NCBI GenBank assembly: GCA_002269645.1
Contig: NIVC01000104.1
Coordinates: 248,001-312,000, forward strand
Origin: Macrostomum lignano
Taxonomy: Eukaryota
Length of the DNA: 64,000 nt
Direction of reading: 5' to 3'
Part shown: positions 1-9,330 of the stretch, in pieces
How positions within the stretch are numbered: position 1 is the stretch's first letter
How the letters are laid out: every line of letters starts with the position of its first letter
Notes under the pieces: generated by a model
The model's database searches: none
What the model was told of the DNA's origin: nothing
What the model saw: only the letters and a program-made list of their open reading frames with translations
Translations under genes and position numbers: made by a program

Positions 1-482
1 GTCGCCGGGCAGCAGGGCCCCAATGGCACGGACTCCACCGCCGCCGCCGTGGCTGTGGGCATCGGCGGTGCCAACGGAAATCCCGGCTCCAACAGGCCGC
101 AGAAAACCTTCCGGTTGGTTAATCACGGTGGCTGCGGCGCCGGCTGGCTGGGCAAGCCGGTCAACGCTCGGCGCAGCGCCAATGACGGAGACGGCGGCGG
201 CAGCTCTGCCGAAGGCTGGGTCGGCGGCCTCGCTGGCCTGGGAAACACCGGCTTGGGCGGCTTCGGCGGAGGCGGCGGCGCCGGCGGCAGCGGTGAGGGC
301 CTGATTGGCGCGGGCGGCGCGGGCGGCGGCTTTAGCGGAGGTGGCGCAGGTACCGGCCAGAACCACGCAGGAGGGGCGGCGGCTCCTTCTGCGACGGCTT
401 CGACTGCAGCGGCGTCACTGGCGGCAACAGCGGCAGCCAGCAGGGCCGGGTGGTGGTGCAGCTGGTGCCGGGGCTGTGCTGA
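1..482 (+). CDS. Last exon (5'-truncated by the window edge) of secreted PAN + ALK/LTK-type glycine-rich protein, paralogue A; 1-nt frameshift near 373-376
   Basis: Frame 1 reads GGCGAGWLG...GGFGGGGGAGG...GGGFSGGGAG. After a one-base shift it reads GGGGGSFCDGFDCSGVTGGNSGSQQGRVVVQLVPGLC* (TGA 480-482), nearly identical to exon 4 of the 3613-7024 gene. The G-run is G4 here versus G5 at 6914-6918. Confidence 0.8.
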
Positions 483-496
483 GGCAGGCAGTTCAT

Positions 497-755
497 GACA
501 CTGACATGCCACCTCCTGACACTGACATGCCACCTCCTGACACTGACATGCCACCTCCTGACACTGACATGCCACCTGACACTGACATGCCACCTCCTGA
601 CACTGACATGCCACCTCCTGACACTGAGCATGAGCCCATCTCCTGACACTGACATGCCACCTCCTGACACTGAGCATGAGGCATGAGCCCACCTCCTGAC
701 ACTGAGCATGAGCCCACCTCCTGACACTGAGCATGAGCCCACCTCCTGACACTGA
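497..755. repeat. About 21-bp minisatellite (CTGACACTGACATGCCACCTC)
   Basis: Direct tandem copies immediately after the paralogue A stop; source of the DTDMPPP and VSVRRWH ORFs. Confidence 0.95.
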
Positions 756-1199
756 GAATTTACTCAGGTTGGTATGATTGAACTGAGAAGTTGCTCGAAG
801 GTACGCTTTTCTCAGGAGAATCCGCTCAAGTTATAGAGCCAATATTCTGAAACTGAGTGTGGATACTCCAGTCAATACGACTGAAACTCTTGGCACACAT
901 ATAAATTGGATAACTGTTAAGTCTATGAAATCATTTTTATAGGCTATGGTAGAGTTTCTGGTTCATTTGCAGCTCGTCAGTTGAGAGAAGTATATTTAGG
1001 GTCGTGTTTCAACATTTCTCTGCGTTGTTTATCCGACGCAAATTGCCATGCCTTTGCTCGACATGAACTGCATACTTTGGTGGTGATATCAGCAGGTTTG
1101 CATCGCGAAGAGATGGGCTTTCTATCTTTCTTTGCTGGCAACTCAGACTAGTGTTACCGATGGACTGGATTACCGGCTCCTGGCGTTGGATGCAGCTAT

Positions 1200-1894
1200 C
1201 AAGGACGACTTAAGTAGAAGGACGGGAAACCTCGTTTCTTAGAAAATTTTTGAAGGCACTTTTTCCCGAAAAAATACACTGCGGAGATAGGAAATTTTCA
1301 TTTTTTCAGCACAAAAATTGCTATAACTTTTGATAGGAGGCAGATCCAGTGTTGATCTTTTGATATGTTGTGCCTTTTTTATTGCTCTATCGATATTTAT
1401 AAAGCTTTCCGTTCAGAAAATTAGGATTCTATGTTAATTTTTTATTCTACGTATATTTTCATGTGTCTTGTGCTTGAAATACATTAGAATGCCACGGCTT
1501 GGCTCTTTGATTTTATGAGTCTATTTTATCCTTCTTACCTGACTGTATAGCAAATAGTCGTAACATAGATGATAAAATAGATTCATAAAACCAAATATTA
1601 GAGCTGTGTCATGCATTTTTGTGATTTTTAGATACAGGAAATATACGTAGAATAAAAAATTAACATAGAATCCTAATTTTCTGAACGGAAAGCTTTATAA
1701 ATATCGATAGAGCAATAAAAAAGGCACAACATATCAAAAGATCAACATTGGATCTGCCTCCTATCAAAAGTTATAGCAATTTTTGTGCTGAAAAAATGAA
1801 AATTTCCTATCTCCGCAGTGTATTTTTTCGGGAAAGAGTGCCTTCAAAAATTTTCTAAGAAACGAGGTTTCCCGTCCTACTTAAGTCGTCCTTG
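1200..1894. mobile_element. Foldback MITE with long TIRs (about 260 bp), CA...TG ends and 8-bp TSD (P or hAT superfamily)
   Basis: CAAGGACGACTTAAGTAG... at 1200 and its reverse complement ending ...GTCGTCCTTG at 1894. GCAGCTAT is duplicated at 1192-1199 and 1895-1902. A second internal inverted repeat (TTTATGAGTCTATTTTATC / GATAAAATAGATTCATAAA) lies inside. Confidence 0.9.
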
Positions 1895-3612
1895 GCAGCT
1901 ATACGCATTGAATCCAGAATTGGAAAATTTGCTTGAAGATCTTGCGGATCTCGGAGTAACTGTCTCTTCCACCAATTGATCGCGTTAATCCTGTCAGAAG
2001 CCACAACAGGAGCCGTGACAGGCCAGCCTCATCAGCTGGTCGGGATCGTTAACAACTGCAGCTTCAACTTCTAGTCATAAGTATAGTTGGCTGATGAGGT
2101 CACGTGATAACGGAGTTGCAGACGTCTTCTTTATAACACGAATCGAGCATGATGTAGCCGCCATAATGTCCGCAAAAAGAAGCACTTAGTCAAGTTCCAA
2201 GCTTTATTTTTCGCAGTTTTAGTCTATGGCTTTTAGATGATGTCGAATCCCGAATTTGGGCTTCAATGGAAATCTTCATCTCAGCATCTAATAAGTCCGT
2301 GATTACTTTGAAGTTCAGCCGTTCTAAAAATAAACTCTTTGTTTATGATCCAATTTGCTGTCGCTTTTGACAATCAAATGGAAATTTGGACATTCAAAAC
2401 AGGACGCCATAGACATTCAAGCCAGGCCACAGATCACACCCTAGTCATGGACTTAAGCAGTTTAGCAAAGTCAAGGAGTTCTATAATGAGCATCCTAATT
2501 CCTAATTATAGAACTCCTTGAGCAAAGTCTACTTAGGGAGGCTTGGCCATAGACTAAAACTTTAGAAATTCAATATGGAAAGAAGCGATTTAAAACGGGA
2601 ATCGGACTGAGATTTTACAGCCCTCTGTAATTTACAGCCCAATTCAATTGGTTGAGAAACTCGATGAAAATCCTTTCCAAACGCTCAAGGAGTTCTGAAT
2701 TACTTTTGTTTTGCTTCCGGTACACTTTGTTCAATTCTAAATATTCCAGTGGCCCTGAGATATAAAAATACATTAAATTGGGCGAATGGATTTTTCCCAT
2801 TTTGATTGTTCATTCCACATTCTGGTTGTGTATTCCCAAGCGGCCCGAGTCTGTGGCGTGGCTTTAATGTCTATGGCGTCCCGTTTTGATTGTCCAAATT
2901 CCCATTTCGATAGTCAAAAGCGATACTAATGAAGACTGAAGATTTCTGTGACATTTCTGCCCCGTAAATCTGGTGGGAATATACCAATGCCGTATACCAA
3001 TACCATAGACCTTGTGAGAGCAGAAAGAATCCCGAGGGTCGCGAAGCCTCGAGTAAGAGAAGCAGAAGCCCAAGAAGATTCAGGAACAGTTATTGAAGTT
3101 GAAGTTGAAGTTATTGAAGTGTAATCTCCATCGTCTGCTTTGGAGAATAGAGCACCCCTCCGGTCTTCGTTGATTGCTGGAGAAGATGCTATGTTAGGGA
3201 AGACACGCGTGTTCCTCATAAAATCGGTGGAGCTGCGCTAATTAATACGTTTCATGTTGGAAAGAGCGCTTCTTATTTACACAAAACTGAGAAAAATGCT
3301 TTATCCAAAGAGAGAAAATACTGCACATTCAGAACTGCAACAATGTGCGAAGCATGGGAACAGATTTGTGAATGTAGGCTCCAATTCTGAGGCCTCCTTG
3401 CGTCTCAGCAGTCATTTCCTTAGACTGTTTGCTATAAAAAAGTACCCCGGACTGAATTTAACAACTGCCAGAAATATTTCGTCCAATGAATCCGGCATCC
3501 AATGATGGAACGATTAGGAAATTGCGATATGCCTGCTATAACTATTCCCAGTTGCTGACAGAAAAGTTTAAGCAGAAGCTCAAACTGTAAATAGCAACTA
3601 AGCAGGTGCAGA

Positions 3613-6600
3613 ATGCGAGCCCTACCAGTAATTATAATCATTGCCTGCGGGATCTTGACTGGTGAGCTCTGAACTGATATGATATAGTTCGCATTGAATT
3701 TTTTTTCTTGCAGACTGAGTCAATCAGAAGAATCTAATTAATGAAAATTTAAAGTTATGTATTAGTCAGTACCAGACTCCCTCACGCAGCCGCTCATCCC
3801 AACCCCCCCCCACGCCAGTCTCAGCTTCCCTCACGCAGCCGCTGATCCCAAACCCGCCCCACCAGTCCCAGCCTCCCTCACGCAGCCACTCATCCCAAAC
3901 CCGCCCCGCCAGTCCCAGCCTCCCTCACGCATCCACTCATCCCAAACCCGCCCCGCCAGTCCCAGCCTCCCTCACGCAGCCGCTCATCCCAAACCCCCCC
4001 CCCACGCCAGTCCCAGCCTCCCTCACGCAGCCGCTCATCCCAAACCCGCCCCGCCAGTCCCAGCCTCCCTCACGCAGCCGCTCATCCCAAACCCGCCCCG
4101 CCAGTCCCAGCCTCCCTCACGCAGCCGCTCATCCTAAACCCCCCCCCCCACGCCAGTCCCAGCCTCCCTCACGCAGCCGCTCATCCTAAACCCGCCCCGC
4201 CAGTCCCAGCCTCCCTCACACAGGCGCTCGCCAGCTGCAGCCGCTTCATCAACTCCTCCGGCCCAGTCCTGCTCGATCCGACCGTCAGCAGCCTCATCAT
4301 CAGCGAGCCCAGCTCAGCCTCCATCCAAGACTGCCTGCTCAGCTGCTGGTCGAGGCGCTGTGCGGCAGTCAGCCTGCTGCGGGCCAGCCGCGTCTGCCAG
4401 CTGCTCTTCGTCGAGGACGCCTCGCGGACTGCCGGACCGCCGGGCAGACACGCGTGGAGGTCGCTGGGATCCGAGGCCGGCGCCGAGGTGTGGAAGGCGG
4501 TCGACATCGACAGCGTCGTCGAGTCGAGGAGGCTCAACATCACGCACGAGTTCTCAAGTGAGACCAGTCCCAAGTTCTCATTCTCATGCCAGCTCACTCT
4601 CATGCCAGCTCACTCTCATGCCAGCTCATTCTCATGCCATCTCATTCTCATGCCAGCTCATTCTCATGCCAGCTCATTCTCATGCCAGCTCATTCTCATG
4701 CCAGCTCATTCTCATGCCAGCTCATTCTCATGCCAGCTCATTCTCAGCTCAGCAACTCAGCTGACCCCGCTGACCCCCACTGACTCCCAGACTCGAGCTC
4801 GGGCCGCAGCGGCTCCATCCAGCAGCTGACAGTCGAGCTGACCGGCTGCTACCGAATCGAGGCCCGGGGCGCTGCAGGCGGCTCCAACAGCTTCGCAGAC
4901 ACAGCTGGCGGCAGCGGAGCCTCGATGTCGGGCCGCTTCAACCTGACTGCCGGCGTCCGGCTGTCGGTTTTGGTCGGTCAGGCCGGCGGACCAGCCGTCG
5001 ACGGCAACTGCGGCGGAGGCGGCGGCGGCGGCAGCTTCGTGTTCGTCGGCGGCGTCGGCGGTCGCCTTCTGGTCGCCGCGGGAGGCGGCGGCGGGGCGTC
5101 CCTTAGTCGAAATGGCAAGTGAAATTGCTTTGAACTGGCCTCCCAATGTGGAATGTGTTACACTTCTCCTTCTCGGGTTCTTGAAGGTGTTCCTAGAAAA
5201 TAGAACCCGCTGCTCCTAAAGAAGCTAGATAGCACCGCAGTACTACCTATCGATTTGCCTGAAAATGAACCTAAAACGTTAGCCGTGACTTGGTAGGGTT
5301 GCTGCCACCTTGGTGTGCGGACTCGACGCGTCGGCAGAGTTGTCTATCCGTCACCTGAAATAAAATTAACAAAAACGCTCGGAGCAAGGGCAAATCTGAA
5401 AATGTCTCGACAGTCGATCGTCTCAGTAGAATGCTGCTCGAACCTGAAAACATGAAAAACCTGAAATGAGAGACTAGAGCTCGGAGGAGGCTTTCCGAGT
5501 CAGCCACGATGCTCCGCGAGACGACGCAGTCTGGAGAAAAATGGCTCGCAGATGCTCCGTATTTATAGCCGAGCGGACCCCCAAAAGTCACGTGAGTTTC
5601 ATGCGGTAAGCGCGTGAAACTTCCTTATTTGGTCACTAAAATCATGCGAGCGACGCGTGATTCAAGTCCAACTTCCAAATAAGGCAAGCCTGTCACGCAG
5701 CAGTGGCGTGACTCAAGGTCAGTGGCCACGCACCGCGTGCGTGCACAGTCACGTGCTTATTCTGTGCTAAAAATAGAACTTGGGCGGATGAGTCATCCTG
5801 TTTACTCCCTCTAGGCAGCCCTTACACTCCGCGCGGATGAGTCATCCTGCTACGCCTCCTCAGCGCGTGTGGGAAGACATTGAGTGTGGCTGCCCGCGCC
5901 TGCTCAGGCGATGAGTCATCGGGCAGTAAACACTTAGGCCCAGCACAGGGTATATCTCTCATTTGATCAGGTGGACTGAGCTACTGTGCAGCAGCAGCCA
6001 GTCACTACAAATGCATGAGCAGCTCCAGGTGCACTTTAGTCAAGACACAAACCAAAGAAAACGGCTTTGAATTATCGCTTGCCGGTACTTTTTGACCTCT
6101 ACTCCACAGCCAGACGCACTGAATGAACTTAGGAAAAATACTAAAACTCTTTATGAAATGTAAGATAGATCTATGAAAATTTGCTGTGCCAGTGACATGA
6201 ACGCTCTTACTCCACTCAAGCATAATTAAACATACTGAAATAAAGTTTTAAGATATTCCTGCTGCAGGGATCGAGTGTCGGAAGCAGAATGAGAAAGTGA
6301 CCAACCAATAAAAGTAACATCTGCAGCTTGCAGGTGGGCTTTGGACACCCTGGTGCAACGCCTTCGGCGACATCGTCCCACCATCTGTGCATTCCCTTAT
6401 TCCCGAGCACATATTACATATAAGCTCCTACACAAGCTCACACAGACAGCTCACACAGCACTCGAATTTCCCGCGGGGCATTTATAATTAGTTCGAGACG
6501 CTTCTACGGGTTTTCGTTGCCATTGTTTTAATCGACCAGGCACTTCCGGTCAGTCAGGCCCCAACGGAAGCGACTCAACTTCTCTTATTCAATATGCCGG

Positions 6601-7024
6601 CTTTGGCGGCACCAACGGCGGCCCGGGGTTCAACGACCCCAGCAGGACCTCGGGAAACAGCTACCACGGAGGCTGCGGCGCCGGCTGGCTGGGCGGGCCA
6701 ATAAATCAGAGACTGAGCACTGATGACGGAGACGGCGGCGGCGGTCCCGCCGAAGGCTGGACTGGCGGCCTTGCCGGCTCCGGCAACACCGGCGTCGGCG
6801 GCTTTGGAGGAGGCGGTGGCGCCGGCGGCAGCGGCGGTGGCCGTCGAGGCGCCGCTGGCGCGGGCGGCGGCTTCAGCGGAGGCGGCGCGGGTCTCGGCCT
6901 GAATCACGCCGGAGGGGGCGGCGGCTCCGCCTGCGACGGCCTCGACTGCAGCGGCGTCACCGGCGGCAACAGCGGCAGCCAGCAGGGCCGGGTGGTGCTG
7001 CAGCTGGTGCCGGGGCTGTGCTGA
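3613..7024 (+). CDS. Secreted PAN/apple + ALK/LTK-type glycine-rich protein, paralogue B (4 exons, about 401 aa)
   Basis: Exons 3613-3661, 4210-4557, 4791-5114, 6540-7024; all introns phase 1; 1206 nt. Signal peptide MRALPVIIIIACGILTASLTQALA; PAN-like cysteines (QDCLLSCWSRRCAAVS...VCQL); glycine-rich domain GSIQQLTVELTGCYRIEARGAAGG...LVGQAGG...GGGGGSFVF...AAGGGGG. No TM segment or kinase domain. Intron 3 requires a GC donor. Confidence 0.85.
3778..4209. repeat. 47-bp minisatellite (about 9 copies) spanning a duplicated 3' splice site
   Basis: Unit CCTCCCTCACGCAGCCGCTCATCCCAAACCCGCCCCGCCAGTCCCAG ends in CCCAG; its first 20 nt match the start of exon 2 at 18/20. Confidence 0.9.
4575..4750. repeat. 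16-bp minisatellite (TTCTCATGCCAGCTCA) in intron 2 of paralogue B
   Basis: Direct tandem copies. Confidence 0.9.
5156..6009 (-). mobile_element. Probable solo LTR (854 bp, Ty3/Gypsy-like 4-bp TSD) in intron 3 of paralogue B
   Basis: TG...CA termini (TGTTACAC at 5156; CACTACA ending 6009) flanked by an AATG direct repeat (5152-5155, 6010-6013). Internal TATA box and enhancer motifs are oriented on the minus strand. No gag/pol remnant is adjacent. Confidence 0.7.
5560..5918 (-). promoter_or_regulatory. Immediate-early-type promoter/enhancer: TATA, 2 CArG + Ets, 4 AP-1, MEF2, 2 GTCACGTG
   Basis: TATAAATA (5567-5560, minus); CCTTATTTGG 5623-5632 and CCAAATAAGG 5675-5684, each overlapped by ACTTCC; TGACTCA 5709-5715; TGAGTCA 5789, 5838, 5912; CTAAAAATAG 5767-5776; GTCACGTG 5587 and 5748. 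Confidence 0.75.
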
Positions 7025-7025
7025 G

Positions 7026-7034
7026 CTGCCTGCC

Positions 7035-7075
<41 letters not shown>

Positions 7076-7138
7076 TAGTGTCTGTCTGTTTGTCTGTCTG
7101 CCTGTCCGTCTGTCTTAGTGTCTTAGTGTCTGTCTGTT

Positions 7139-7225
<87 letters not shown>

Positions 7226-7226
7226 A

Positions 7227-7287
<61 letters not shown>

Positions 7288-7386
7288 GTCTGTCTGTCTG
7301 TCTCTATGTCTCTCTGTCAGTCTGTCTGTCTGTCTGTCTGTCTCTATGTCTCTCTGTCAGTCTGTCTGTCTGTCTGTCTGTCTGTG

Positions 7387-7427
<41 letters not shown>

Positions 7428-7449
7428 GCCTGTCGGCCTGTCTGTCTGT
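7026..7449. repeat. (TGTC)n microsatellite with TTAGTG interruptions
   Basis: Starts immediately after the paralogue B stop codon. Confidence 0.97.
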
Positions 7450-7866
7450 AATTGTGTTCTCTGTGTCAGACAAAATTCCAATTCCAACATATGACAGGAC
7501 TGAAATAGAAGACTTATGAGAAATACAAATCCGACAAGATGAGCTGGTTCAAGAGCAAATAATGTTTGCTGAAAATGACTGAAACTTCAATGATTGGCAT
7601 TGAGAACATTAATCAGCAATATCCAATACAAAAGAATGCCAATTGAAAATTTTGATTGGATATAATTTTAAAGTACAAATTTTTCCCAGTGAAAGCACCT
7701 CTCAATTGCCCTCCAAAACTCATTCAGAAGGGTATTTTAAAATCTACGAGTAATATTGGAAATTCCTTCACGGGTTGCAGCCTAGGGATTAGAGCGTCGG
7801 GCTCACGAATTGAATTTGGATTTCCGACGGTGTACATTGCGGTGTACAAGGACACTGAAACGATTC

Positions 7867-8063
7867 GTGTCCTTGAGCAAGACACTTAAATCTGCATTGC
7901 TTCAGTTCACCCAGCTGTAAGTAATTGAGGGTGTGTGGCGACCCCCCAGTCCTTGGACTGAACAGCCGTACGCAGCCTTCAGATGCGCCGAGCAATAGCT
8001 GCGGCTGAGCTGTCGGTTGCACATCTGGCCCAATTGGGACAGGTGTAATCAGTTATTATTATT
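7867..8063 (+). mobile_element. 5'-truncated SINE (CORE-like domain, ATT tail)
   Basis: About 195 bp highly similar to 56277-56505 (GTCCTTGAGCAAGACA...CACCCAGCTGTAA...CAGGTGTAATC), ending TTATTATTATT. Confidence 0.85.
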
Positions 8064-8129
8064 TGTGTCCCCGAAGCTTGCCCAGAAAGTTTTGGCCGTA
8101 GATTTTCTTGCAAATTCTGAATACTTATT

Positions 8130-8680
8130 GAGGGGCGCCAGCTACAGAGGAATGCGCCAGCTACAGAGGGGGCACCAGCTACAGAGGGGGCGCCAGAAGC
8201 TACAGAGGGGGTGCCAGCTACAGAGGATGGCGCCAGCTACAGAGGATGGCGCCAGCTACAGATGATGGCGCCAGCTACAGATGATGGCGCCAGCTACAGA
8301 TGATGGCGCCAACTAGAAAGGATGGCGCCAACTAAAAAGGATGGCGCCAGCTACAGAGGATGGCGCCAACTAGAAAGGATGGCGCCAGCTACAGAGGATG
8401 GCGCCAACTAGAAAGGATGGCACCAGCTACAGAGGATGGCGCCAGCTACAGATGATGGCGCCAGCTACAGATGATGGCGCCAGCTACAGAGGATGGCGCC
8501 AACTAGAAAGGATGGCACCAGCTACAGAGGATGGCGCCAGCTACAGATGATGGCGCCAGCTACAGATGATGGCGCCAGCTACAGAGGATGGCGCCAGCTA
8601 CAGAGGATGGCGCCAGCTACAGAGGATGGCGCCAACTAGAAAGGATGGCGCCAGCTACAGAAGGGGGCTCCAGCTACGCC
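8130..8680. repeat. 19-bp minisatellite (GGATGGCGCCAGCTACAGA)
   Basis: Direct tandem copies. Confidence 0.95.
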
Positions 8681-9330
8681 AGATATGAATGTAGAAAAAT
8701 TGTTAATTTAAACAGCAAATATTCACAAAAATTAGTACTGTAAGTAGCTAGCTGAAAAAATCGCTAATTCCATACGTTTTTGGTAGACTTGGTTGATCGA
8801 AGCCTTTTTGTTGGTAAAATGATGAAGAAACGAGTTTTATTTGAAAGTTTTAAACATAGCCGGATTTGCAATGATTATATTTGCATTTTCACACATATTA
8901 TAATTGAAGACAATCTTTCAATTAGTCTATCTGTAGTGAATTGATGACAACATTAAACAATTGGTAGAGCAATCTGAATACATTTACACATACATTATAC
9001 ATCAGACTATTTATGCATTGCAAAGGATTTCTTGTCGAGTTAAAAGCATCTCAAATATAACAAAGGAATAATTACATTTCAATTTGCTTATGTTTCTAAG
9101 CTCCTAAGCATCAGTTAACCTGCAGACTAGTAGGACTGCCGCCCCAAGGTCAGGCAAGAAACAAAACACATCCACCGATTACAGTTGCCGAACTTGTGGA
9201 TTAAAGCAGCATAGAAGCAAAACCAATCAATCATCATGCATAAATATAAAACAGCTGTCAGAGATCTTCAGAGTCAGGTTGACAACATTTTCATTGGAAG
9301 GGGGTGGGGGGGCTTCCAGGATTCCAGTAT

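Noticed and set aside
5119-5124. Canonical GT donor (AA|GTGAAA) for paralogue B exon 3
   Set aside because: Puts exon 4 out of frame and does not match the paralogue C intron position.
4757-5146. Antisense and alternate-frame ORFs over GC-rich exons (e.g. 4757-5146 -, 6575-6907 -, 34830-35471 +, 45598-46200 -)
   Set aside because: Shadow ORFs expected from GC-rich codon usage; no independent motifs.
3613-7024. PAN-Gly genes as ALK/LTK receptor kinases
   Set aside because: Stop codon directly after the glycine-rich domain; no EGF, TM or kinase exons. The kinase in the window is NEK-type.
7018-7519. ORFs such as (SVCL)n, (DRQT)n, (IAPNSCVR)n, (SQSLPVY)n, (WDPLHFKIPNYI)n, (RVTL)n, (LLSSPSPLFS)n across the window
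   Set aside because: They arise from stop-free micro/minisatellites, most lying in introns defined by flanking exons.
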